Shown one piece after another: positions 37,560 to 45,594 of a stretch of DNA of 64,000 nucleotides (positions are counted from its first letter, which is position 1; the number at the start of each line of letters is the position of its first letter). A program made the position numbers and the translations under genes. This DNA comes from Phycisphaeraceae bacterium (GTDB lineage Bacteria; Planctomycetota; Phycisphaerae; Phycisphaerales; UBA1924): assembly GCA_015200025.1 (NCBI GenBank), contig CP054186.1:2838643-2902642 (forward strand), given 5' to 3'. The notes under the pieces are model-generated. The model searched no databases. It was not told the origin of the DNA and saw only the letters and a list, made by a program, of their open reading frames with translations.

Positions 37560-38741
37560 ATGACGACGATGGCCAAGGACATGCACGGGGCGGGCGCGAT
37601 GAAAGACCAGGGCCCGGGCAAGGCCCAGCCGGCGGGGACCCCCGCCTCGGACCTCCTCCCGGACCAGACGCTGGTCAAGTGGCTCCGCGACATGCTGCTC
37701 ATCCGCGAGTTCGAGATGCGCTGCGCCCAGTCCTACCAGCAGGCCAAGATCGGCGGGTTCTGCCACCTCTACACCGGGCAGGAGGCCGTCGCCGTCGGGA
37801 CCATCGCCTCTGTCGAGCACGACGACCCGATCGTCACCGCCTACCGCGACCACGGGCACGCCCTGGCCCGGGGCATGTCCCCCGCCGCCTGCATGGCCGA
37901 GATGTACGGGAAGGTCACCGGGTGCGCCAAGGGCAAGGGCGGCTCGATGCACATGTTCGACCGCCCCAACTGGCTCTTCGGGGGGCACGGGATCGTCGGC
38001 GCCCAGACGCCCCTGGGGACCGGGCTGGCCTTCGCCGCCCGGTACGAATGGGAAGTGCTCGGCGCGAGCGTCGACGGCGGGCCCGCGAAGAAAAAAGTCT
38101 CCCTCGCCTACCTCGGCGACGGCGCCCTCAACCAGGGCGCCCTCCACGAGGCGATGAACCTCGCCGGGCTCTACTCCATCCCCGTCATCTACATCGTCGA
38201 GAACAACGGGTACTCCATGGGCACCGCCATCGACCGCGGGACCACCATGGCCCACGACCTCCGCAAGAAGGCCGACGCCTACGGCATCCGCGGCGAGATC
38301 ATCGACGGGTTCGATGTCGTCTCGCTCTACGACCATTTCAAGCCCGTCGTGGACTGGTGCCGCGCCGAGCAGAGGCCCGCCTTTATCGACCTCAAAACCT
38401 ACCGCTACCTCGGGCACTCCATGAGCGACCCGCAGAAGTACCGCACCAAGGACGAGGTCGAGGCCTTCAAGGGCAAGGACTCCATCGACGCCCTCGCCTC
38501 ACGCCTGATGTCGGCCGATTCCCCCCGCGCCAAGAAGCGGGGCGGGCCCATCCTCGACGAGGCCGCCCTCCAAGCCCTCCAGGCCGAGGTCCGCGAGGAA
38601 GTCCGGCGCGCCGTCGACGAGGCCGAGGCCGCCCCGACGCCCGACGCCGCCGAGCTCTACACCGACGTCTTCCTCAACCCCCAGCCCAACCTCTCCCCCT
38701 CGGGCGACTACACCCACGGCTCGCGCAACCCCCTGCTCTGA
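37560..38741 (+). CDS. pdhA: Pyruvate/2-oxoacid dehydrogenase E1 component alpha subunit (TPP-dependent)
   Basis: IREFEMRCAQSYQQAKIGGFCHLYTGQEAVAVG, YRDHGHALARG, GKGGSMHMF, YLGDGALNQGALHEAMNLA and YRYLGHSMSDP are characteristic of the E1 alpha subunit. Confidence 0.85.
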   Translation: MTTMAKDMHGAGAMKDQGPGKAQPAGTPASDLLPDQTLVKWLRDMLLIREFEMRCAQSYQQAKIGGFCHLYTGQEAVAVGTIASVEHDDPIVTAYRDHGHALARGMSPAACMAEMYGKVTGCAKGKGGSMHMFDRPNWLFGGHGIVGAQTPLGTGLAFAARYEWEVLGASVDGGPAKKKVSLAYLGDGALNQGALHEAMNLAGLYSIPVIYIVENNGYSMGTAIDRGTTMAHDLRKKADAYGIRGEIIDGFDVVSLYDHFKPVVDWCRAEQRPAFIDLKTYRYLGHSMSDPQKYRTKDEVEAFKGKDSIDALASRLMSADSPRAKKRGGPILDEAALQALQAEVREEVRRAVDEAEAAPTPDAAELYTDVFLNPQPNLSPSGDYTHGSRNPLL

Positions 38742-38775
38742 CGCCACGCCCAGCCCGGGCTTCCCGCGGTCCCTC

Positions 38776-39606
38776 TCAGCCCCGCCGCCCCGCGTCCCGC
38801 AGGGCGAGGATCTCGCGCATCTCCTCCGCCAGTTCCGCCAGCCTCCGGTCGGACGTGTCCAAGTTCTGCCTGCGGCGGTGCTCGATCTCCTGCACCTCCT
38901 GGTAGTTGTTGATGATCGCCCCCACGATCAGGTTGATCAGCAGGAACGTCGCGATCACGATCCACAGCACGTGGAAACCCGTCACGATCCACGCGTGCGG
39001 CCCGTAAAACGCCGCGGCCTCGTACCGCAGGTCCGTCCAGTTGTCCCCCGTCAAGACGCGGAACAGCGTGAAGCACGCCTCGTGGATCGTGGCGTACTCC
39101 TCGCGCAGCGGGTTGCCCGGATCCTGGGAGCCGAACACCTTCACCCCGATCGTCGCGAACACGTAGAAGCTCAGCGCCGCCAGCGCCGTGATGTGCTTCA
39201 TGCTCGCCGTCGAGCGGATGAGCACGTCCACGATCATCCGCAGCTCGGGCAGGGCCTTGACGAGCCTCAGGATCCGCAGCACGCGCAGGATCCGAACGAC
39301 CGGCGCCACCCCCTGCCACGCGGGGATGAACGCCGCCGTCACGATCACCACGTCGAACACGTTCCACCCGTCGCGGAGGTACGCCCGCGCCGAACGCGCC
39401 GACAGGAACCGCAGCACGATCTCCGTCGTGAACAGCGCCACACACGCCCGCTCGGCGTGGACGATCCACCCCGCGTCCGTGTACGTCGAGGCGCCGATCA
39501 ACGCCGCGTTGATCAAAATCACCGCCACCGACGCCGCGTTGAACCGCGGGTCCTCCGTCAATCGCGAAAGCCGGGTGCTCGGGGCGTGGGTCGTCTCCGT
39601 CGTCAT
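38776..39606 (-). CDS. Single-domain 6-TM voltage-gated cation channel (BacNav/NaChBac superfamily) with a Ca-channel-like pore motif
   Basis: The S4 segment is VVRILRVLRILRLVKAL. The pore sequence is FTLFRVLTGDNWTDL, and S6 is IVIATFLLINLIVGAIINN. The start is set at MTTETTH (39606) because the track's N-terminal 53 codons are a translated C-rich repeat. Confidence 0.8.
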   Translation of the reverse strand: MTTETTHAPSTRLSRLTEDPRFNAASVAVILINAALIGASTYTDAGWIVHAERACVALFTTEIVLRFLSARSARAYLRDGWNVFDVVIVTAAFIPAWQGVAPVVRILRVLRILRLVKALPELRMIVDVLIRSTASMKHITALAALSFYVFATIGVKVFGSQDPGNPLREEYATIHEACFTLFRVLTGDNWTDLRYEAAAFYGPHAWIVTGFHVLWIVIATFLLINLIVGAIINNYQEVQEIEHRRRQNLDTSDRRLAELAEEMREILALRDAGRRG

Positions 39607-39737
39607 TCGGCGGGCTCCGGGTGAGATGGATCGGGGGTGGTGAAAAGGGGTGGGATGGGTGGGGTGTGGGTGGGTAGGGAGTGGGTGGGGGGGGTGGGGA
39701 GGTGGGGGTTTCGGAAGCGGCCCGAGCGTAGCCAACC

Positions 39738-39777
39738 GCCCAAAAACACAAACGCCCGGGCACATCGGCCCGGGCGT
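39738..39777 (-). terminator. Rho-independent terminator of tRNA-Ala
   Basis: acgcccgggc (39752-39761) pairs with gcccgggcgt (39768-39777). The minus-strand RNA continues UUGUGUUUUUGGG. Confidence 0.65.
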
Positions 39778-39788
39778 CGGTGTTCACG

Positions 39789-39863
39789 TGGAGGCGACGA
39801 GACTCGAACTCGTGACCTCATCCATGCCATGGATGCGCTCTACCAAAACTGAGCTACGCCCCC
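39789..39863 (-). tRNA. tRNA-Ala (GGC)
   Basis: The reverse complement is GGGGGCGTAGCTCAGTTTTGGTAGAGCGCATCCATGGCATGGATGAGGTCACGAGTTCGAGTCTCGTCGCCTCCA. The G3:U70 identity pair is present, and the anticodon loop is ATGGCAT. Confidence 0.9.
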
Positions 39864-40087
39864 GGGATGGTCCACCCCCGGATCGTTCCACGTGCTATCG
39901 ACTTGTCGGGGCCCAGGCGTTCGTACCCCTCGGAAGGGGGACCCACGCCCGGGCCGGACACGATGGTAGGTGGGCCCCTCGGGGGGTTTCAACAACCGAA
40001 ACCCCGCCCTCCGACCCCCCGCCCCGAGGGGGACCCCTCCACACGCCTCCGCCCCCGGTCCGCCCCAGGGGGCTCTACGATCCCTTC

Positions 40088-41308
40088 ATGCTCTGGCAGC
40101 CCTCATTACCGGAGCGGTACCTCCGCACGGCCCCCGACGACCTCGCCCGCGCGATCGCCGCCGCCAGGGAACGCCTCGGCCAGTCCCTCCTCATCCTCGG
40201 GCACCACTACCAGACCGACGAGGTCATCCGGCACGCCGACGTCACCGGCGACAGCCTCAAACTCTCCCAGGTCGCCGCCGCCATCGCCGCCGAACGCGCC
40301 GTCCAGCACGTCGTCTTCTGCGGCGTCCATTTCATGGCCGAAACCGCCGACATGCTCACCCCCGCCCACGTCAAGGTCATCCTCCCCGACCTTTCCGCCG
40401 GGTGCTCCATGGCCGACATGGCCCAGTACGACGACACCGTCGACGCCTGGGACGCCCTCCACCTCGCCCTCGGTGGCGACAACTGGAACGGGCGCATCAT
40501 CCCCATCACCTACGTCAACAGCTCCGCCGCCATCAAGGCCTTTGTCGGGTCCCGCGGCGGCGCCTGCTGCACCAGCTCCAACGCCCGCCGTGTCTTCGAG
40601 TGGGCCGCCGCCGGGGGCGAAACCCCCGCCCGCCCGAGCGAAGAGATCAAGGTCCTCTTCCTCCCCGATCAGCACCTCGGCCGGAACACCGCCGCCGCCC
40701 ACGGGTTCGACGTGGCCTCCGAGTCCTGCGTCTACGACCCCACACTCACGCGTCGCGGGGAGCCGCTCGGCGGCGCCAGCGCCGACGAACTCCGCCGCTC
40801 ACGAGTGATCCTCTGGGCCGGGCATTGCTCGGTGCACAAACTCTTCAGGCCCGAGCACGCCGCCGCCGTCCGCGCCGCCGACGCCGCCACGCCCGACCGC
40901 CCCAAGACCACCATCCTCGTCCACCCCGAATGCGGCAAGGAGGTCGTCGACCTCGCCGACCTCGCCGGCTCGACCGAGTACATCATCTCGCAGATCCGCC
41001 AGGCCCCCCCGGGGTCCAGGTGGGCCGTCGGCACCGAGTTCCACCTCGTCGCCCGCCTCGCCCGTGAGGCCGCCGCCCGCGGCGTCGAGGTCCGCATCCT
41101 CTCCGACTGCCAGTGCCTCTGCACCACGATGTACCGCATCGATCAGCCACACCTGCTCTGGGCCCTCGACCACCTCACCGGCGAGGCCACAGGGACCCCC
41201 AAGGCCGTCAACGTGATCTCGGTCCACCCGGAAGTCCGGCGCGACGCCGTGCGGGCGCTGGACCGCATGCTCGCGCTCTCGAAGCCCAGCGTCGCCACCG
41301 TGGATTGA
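40088..41308 (+). CDS. nadA: Quinolinate synthase (long form)
   Basis: ILGHHYQ, FCGVHFMAETADML, PDLSAGCSMADM, TYVNSSAAIKAF, ILWAGHCSVH and VHPEC support the call. The start is set at MLWQPSLPE because the upstream part of the track ORF crosses tRNA-Ala. Confidence 0.85.
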   Translation: MLWQPSLPERYLRTAPDDLARAIAAARERLGQSLLILGHHYQTDEVIRHADVTGDSLKLSQVAAAIAAERAVQHVVFCGVHFMAETADMLTPAHVKVILPDLSAGCSMADMAQYDDTVDAWDALHLALGGDNWNGRIIPITYVNSSAAIKAFVGSRGGACCTSSNARRVFEWAAAGGETPARPSEEIKVLFLPDQHLGRNTAAAHGFDVASESCVYDPTLTRRGEPLGGASADELRRSRVILWAGHCSVHKLFRPEHAAAVRAADAATPDRPKTTILVHPECGKEVVDLADLAGSTEYIISQIRQAPPGSRWAVGTEFHLVARLAREAAARGVEVRILSDCQCLCTTMYRIDQPHLLWALDHLTGEATGTPKAVNVISVHPEVRRDAVRALDRMLALSKPSVATVD

Positions 41309-41344
41309 GTGTCTGGCCCACGCCGGCCCGCGGGCCGGGCGTCT

Positions 41345-42484
41345 TTAGGCCGCCAGGTCGATGTCGTCGATCCCGTCCGACGGGTCGCCCGGGGTGCCCC
41401 ACTTGTGCTTGGGCATGTGCCGGTGGTGCACCCGGACGATCTTCGCCAGGTGCCGCGAGAACAGGTCGGCCATCAGGGCGACCGCGGGCAGCTGCGACGC
41501 CGAGAACGGCGTGGCCCGGTCACGGAACAACTGGAACACCGCCAGGCACTCGCCCTCGTGCCGGCACGCGAACGCGATCACCGACACGTCCCGAAGCCAT
41601 TCCGCCGCGTCCCCAAGCCTCGACCGCAGCTCCGCGTCCGACGAGAGCAAGACCGGCTCACGCTGCTCCTGCAGCCGCGGCGCCGCCGACGCCGCCAGGT
41701 GGTCCATCAGCACCTCGGCCGAGTCCGCCCCGATGTCGTAATTCACGTACGCGCCCAACGAGAAATCCCCCGTCGTCGACGGCAGGAACACCGCGGCGTT
41801 GGTCGGGCCCGTCCGCGTCAGCATGAACTCGAGCCCCACCCGCAGCGCGTTCTCGATGTCCAGCTCCGGACGCAGCGCCGCCCCGAACTCCGCCGAGAGC
41901 GAGATCAGCCCGATCTGGTCCGCCAGGTCGCGGTACGCCGTCGCCAGGTTCTCGCACATCGAACCCACCTGCGCCGACAGCTCCCGGCGCGACCGCGAGA
42001 GCCCCTTGCACAGCGACCGAAGCCGCCGCGAACGCTCGTCCTCACGCCTCGCCCCAAAGGCCCGACGCGCCGCCGCCAGCACACGCGACGCCAGCTCGCG
42101 GTCCGTCGCGTCCGCACGGATCAGGTCCCTGACCCCCGCACGCATCGCGGCGACCGCGCCCTCCATCGTCGACCCGCGCGTCAGCACCACCGTCTCCACC
42201 CCGCGCGACGACGACCCCGCGACCGCCCCCGCGTGCTCGAACGAAGGTCCGCTCGACGCGTCGTCCAGCAGCACCGCGTCCACCCGCGCCGACCTCACCA
42301 AAGACACCGCGTGCGCCGCGTCGTCCGCCAGCAGGCACGACGCCCCACGCGAAGACAACGCCTCCAACGCGCGACGACGCTCCGACGGGTCCTCGAAGAC
42401 CACCACGATCACCGGGCCTTCCCGGCGCGGGCTCGGGCGGGGTGCGTGAGGTTGGGTGTCCTTGCGTGCGATGCGTCGCTCCAT
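41345..42484 (-). CDS. Receiver-like domain protein with a coiled coil and a C-terminal GAF-like domain
   Basis: The REC-like segments are VIVVVFED ... VDAVLLDD ... VVLT, but the conserved Lys is not evident. The C-terminal ~170 aa resemble a GAF fold (weak). Confidence 0.5.
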   Translation of the reverse strand: MERRIARKDTQPHAPRPSPRREGPVIVVVFEDPSERRRALEALSSRGASCLLADDAAHAVSLVRSARVDAVLLDDASSGPSFEHAGAVAGSSSRGVETVVLTRGSTMEGAVAAMRAGVRDLIRADATDRELASRVLAAARRAFGARREDERSRRLRSLCKGLSRSRRELSAQVGSMCENLATAYRDLADQIGLISLSAEFGAALRPELDIENALRVGLEFMLTRTGPTNAAVFLPSTTGDFSLGAYVNYDIGADSAEVLMDHLAASAAPRLQEQREPVLLSSDAELRSRLGDAAEWLRDVSVIAFACRHEGECLAVFQLFRDRATPFSASQLPAVALMADLFSRHLAKIVRVHHRHMPKHKWGTPGDPSDGIDDIDLAA

Positions 42485-42583
42485 TCGTCACAGGCCGGTC
42501 CGTCGCCCGGCCCAGAAAGTTCGGCGTTCCCAGGGCTCGACTTGACGACGCACGCCCCGTCCACTCACGATTTCGTCCGCCGC

Positions 42584-43324
42584 TCAGCGTTCCTTCGCCC
42601 GGCCCGTCGCCCCCGCCACGCTCAGACACCGCTCCACAAGCCCCGACACCTCCGTCTCGCGGGGCAGCACCTCGTCCGCCCCCGCCTGCTTGAACGCCCC
42701 GGCCTGCTTCACATGCCCAGGCTCCATCAGCACGATCACCCGCGCCCGGTCGCCCACCGCGCCCGACGAGACCCGCGCGCACACCCCCTCCGACCCCGCC
42801 ACCCGAGACGCCACCACCACCACCCCGCCCCGCATCTGCGCCGCCGCGTACCCCGCGTCAAACAACGTGCCCGCCCACGACACCCGCAGCCTCGGGTCCC
42901 GCGACAACGCACCCGCCAGACGTTCCGCCGCCGGCGCCTCGTCGATCACCAGCACCCGCACGCCCCCCGGCTCCAACGCCGCCGTCGACATCCCGTGCGC
43001 ACGCATGAAACGGATCAACTCGTCCCGAGGGATCCGCCGGAACCTCGACCCTGGCACCCGAAACCCCGTCAACTTCCCGTTGTCGAAACACCGGATGATC
43101 GTCTGCTGAGACACCCGACAGACCGCCGCGGCCTCGCCCGTCGTGAACACCCGCTTCTCACCCAACCCATCAGCCTCGCCCGACCCGCCGTCCCCACGAT
43201 CCGCCGGCGAAGGAGGAGACGCGTGGGGAGGAGGTGGTGGTGGAGGTGGAGGTGGAGGTGGGGGGGGTGGTGGGGGCATGGGGCGCGGTGTTGGATCGAC
43301 GCGCCGGGCACCCGACTTCACCAA
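42584..43324 (-). CDS. Excisionase-family (MerR-like) HTH protein fused to a pseudo-receiver domain, with an N-terminal poly-Pro tract
   Basis: The HTH_17-like segment is FTTGEAAAVCRVSQQTIIRCFDNGKLTGFRVPGSRFRRIPRDELIRFM. It is followed by VRVLVIDE ... VVVVASRV, where no phospho-acceptor Asp is seen. The start may be the internal Met at 43279. Confidence 0.6.
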   Translation of the reverse strand: MVKSGARRVDPTPRPMPPPPPPPPPPPPPPPPPHASPPSPADRGDGGSGEADGLGEKRVFTTGEAAAVCRVSQQTIIRCFDNGKLTGFRVPGSRFRRIPRDELIRFMRAHGMSTAALEPGGVRVLVIDEAPAAERLAGALSRDPRLRVSWAGTLFDAGYAAAQMRGGVVVVASRVAGSEGVCARVSSGAVGDRARVIVLMEPGHVKQAGAFKQAGADEVLPRETEVSGLVERCLSVAGATGRAKER

Positions 43325-43343
43325 ACCACCCGGACGACCCAGA

Positions 43344-44099
43344 TTACCCCGGCGGCACAGACGGCCCGCCGCGCAACTCCTGCCACTTGCGCACCGCCTC
43401 GGGCGGCCTGGGGTACACCACGTCCAACGCCATCGCGTCGATCACCGCGGCGTCCGCGGCCGCCTCCAGGCACGCCGCCGGGTCGAACACCGGCGGCTCC
43501 ACCCCGACCCCCAGCCCGCGGCACGCCTCCGCGAGCGACCCGGGCAGGAAACAGTCGGCGATCAGCCTCGCCGGCGGGTCGTCGCGCAGGTCCCGCGCCC
43601 CCGCGAGCCCACCGGGCGAGACCGGCCGACCCTGCGCGTCGTACCGCGTCACCCACGCGTCGTCGCCCTTCGACGAGAGCGCCACGGCGAAGGGCCTCCC
43701 GTCGGGCGTCACCCGGCGGGCCACCACGTCGGCCGACGGGACCGCCGCCGCACCGCACCCCGTCGTGAGCGCGAGCATCTTCGCCGACGCCACCGCGATC
43801 CGCAGCGACGTGAAGCCCCCCGGGCCCACCGAGACCGCGACCAGCGCCAGATCGGCGGGCGAGGCGCCGGCCACGCGGAACACCCGGTCCACGGCCTGCG
43901 CGAGCGTGTCGTCGCGGTCCGACGGATCAACCGGCTCGGCCCCGATGAGCCGAACCCCGCCGCCGGCCCGCTCCCCCAGCGCCACGCCCGGGCGCCAGGC
44001 CGATCCGGGCGTCCACGCGGACGGGTTGCTCGTCTCGATGGCGAGGATCAGGCGGGGCATGCGCGTCGTGAGCGTACGGGCCGAGCCGAGCCCGCGCAC
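43344..44099 (-). CDS. tsaB: tRNA t6A37 biosynthesis protein TsaB (YeaZ)
   Basis: ILAIETSN ... LALVAVSVGPGGFTSLRIAVASAKMLA matches the family. Confidence 0.8.
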   Translation of the reverse strand: MRGLGSARTLTTRMPRLILAIETSNPSAWTPGSAWRPGVALGERAGGGVRLIGAEPVDPSDRDDTLAQAVDRVFRVAGASPADLALVAVSVGPGGFTSLRIAVASAKMLALTTGCGAAAVPSADVVARRVTPDGRPFAVALSSKGDDAWVTRYDAQGRPVSPGGLAGARDLRDDPPARLIADCFLPGSLAEACRGLGVGVEPPVFDPAACLEAAADAAVIDAMALDVVYPRPPEAVRKWQELRGGPSVPPG

Positions 44100-44165
44100 G
44101 ACGCCGCGCGTCCGCGCCCCCGGGGTGGTACGCTACCGGACGTTCGCGTGAAAGGAATCGATCGC

Positions 44166-45047
44166 ATGACCATCGGATCTCGTTCGTTCGCCCTGGGTTT
44201 GTGGGCGGTCGTGTCGTCGTCGGCGTTCGCCCAGGACGCGCAGGCCCTGCGCGGCGAGGCCCCGGCCACGCGGGCCGCCGACGCGGCCAAGGCCGTGGAA
44301 GAGCCCGACCCGGGGTGGACCCTTCGGTTCGAGCCCGCCGTCTGGTACGCCGGGATCTCCGGGAACCTGCGCATGCCGGGGGCCCCGGCGGGCGCCGGGC
44401 GGACCACCATCCGCGCGCTCAACGGCGACAGCCCGCGCATGAGCCCCTTCGCCGAGGTCCACGCCCGCCTGGGCGATTGGCGCCTCTCGGTCTCGGGCGC
44501 CTTCTTCTCCACCGACCGCGACTCGATCGCGGCGTCGGCGTCGCAGGTCGGGCCCATCGTGGTCGCCCCGGGCGACGTGCTCGCCACGTCCCTTGATTTC
44601 ACCACCTTCGAGGTGCTCGGGGGGTACAGCCTCGGGCGTTGGTCCCTCGTCCCGCGGACCGAGGGCGGGTTCGGGTGGGAGCCCGAGATCCTCCTCGTCG
44701 GCGGCGTCCGGTACTTCGGCGTCGACTTCGAGGTCCAGGGCCCCGGCGGCGTCACCGCGTCGGCCGACGAGGCCTTCGTCCAGCCCGCCATCGGGTTCCG
44801 CGCCGAGATGGAACTGGTCGAGGCGTTCTCCATCGACGTCCAGACGCTCGTGGGCTACTGGCCCGACGAAGAGTCGACCTCGGTCGACATCGTCGTCGGT
44901 TTCGTGTGGAAGCCCATCGACGGGCTGGGCGTCCAGGTCGGCTACCGGCACGCCTGGCTCGATCTTACCTCGGGCGAGGGCGCGAACGAGTTTCATTTCG
45001 ACGGCGCCACCGCCGGCCTCTACGCCGGGATCGAACTGAAATATTAA
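44166..45047 (+). CDS. Putative outer-membrane beta-barrel protein
   Basis: A signal peptide (SFALGLWAVVSSSAFAQD) is present. Amphipathic strands alternate through the protein, and the C-terminus is LYAGIELKY with an aromatic last residue. Only the 3' third of the track ORF was kept. Confidence 0.5.
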   Translation: MTIGSRSFALGLWAVVSSSAFAQDAQALRGEAPATRAADAAKAVEEPDPGWTLRFEPAVWYAGISGNLRMPGAPAGAGRTTIRALNGDSPRMSPFAEVHARLGDWRLSVSGAFFSTDRDSIAASASQVGPIVVAPGDVLATSLDFTTFEVLGGYSLGRWSLVPRTEGGFGWEPEILLVGGVRYFGVDFEVQGPGGVTASADEAFVQPAIGFRAEMELVEAFSIDVQTLVGYWPDEESTSVDIVVGFVWKPIDGLGVQVGYRHAWLDLTSGEGANEFHFDGATAGLYAGIELKY

Positions 45048-45182
45048 ATCCGCGCGAACGGCCCCCACGCCGCTGACCCCGCGGGAGGCGCCGGCTCGGT
45101 TTGACGCGACCACGCCCGCGCGGCATACTGTGATCCCCGGTGCGGCGTCGCCACGACGCCGCCGGGTACGCAGGGGCCGCCG

Positions 45183-45536
45183 ATGGGCACGGTGACCAAG
45201 AAAGACATGATCGACCGCGTCGCGCAGCGGACCAAGGCGCAGCGATCGTTCGTCAAGATGGCCGTGCAGGAGTTCCTCGATCAGATGATCGTCGAGCTCA
45301 AGCGCGGCAACCGCATCGAGTTCCGCGATTTCGGCGTCTTCGAGATCAAGAAACGCTCGCCCCGGGTTGCTCAGAACCCCAAAACCCTCCAACGCGTCGA
45401 GGTCCCCGCGAAGATGACCGTCAAGTTCAAGGTCGGCCGGCTCATGCGAGAGAGTCTCGAACTCGGCGAGAGCAAGTCCCAACGGGCCAAAGCGCCCAAG
45501 GCCGCCGACGCCGTCGAGGCCAAGGCCCAGGATTGA
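45183..45536 (+). CDS. HU/IHF family DNA-binding protein
   Basis: TKKDMIDRVAQ...VQEFLDQMIVELKRGNRIEFRDFGVFEIKKRSPRVAQNPKTLQRVEVPAKMTVKFKVG matches the family. Confidence 0.85.
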   Translation: MGTVTKKDMIDRVAQRTKAQRSFVKMAVQEFLDQMIVELKRGNRIEFRDFGVFEIKKRSPRVAQNPKTLQRVEVPAKMTVKFKVGRLMRESLELGESKSQRAKAPKAADAVEAKAQD

Positions 45537-45594
45537 CATCCGGCCCACCCCGGCCCATCCCAACGTACTTCGGCGGTGACGCCCGGCCGATTCC

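Noticed and set aside
39620-39715. A CRISPR array or other spaced-repeat array, considered also at 43224-43277 and 61170-61199.
   Set aside because: These are simple G-run or hexamer repeats without unique spacers of 25-40 nt. No cas genes are in the window.
39650-40087. The N-terminal extension of the nadA ORF, and the 38776-39765 extension of the channel ORF.
   Set aside because: The extensions translate the G-run/C-run repeat and cross tRNA-Ala. Internal Met codons give canonical N-termini.
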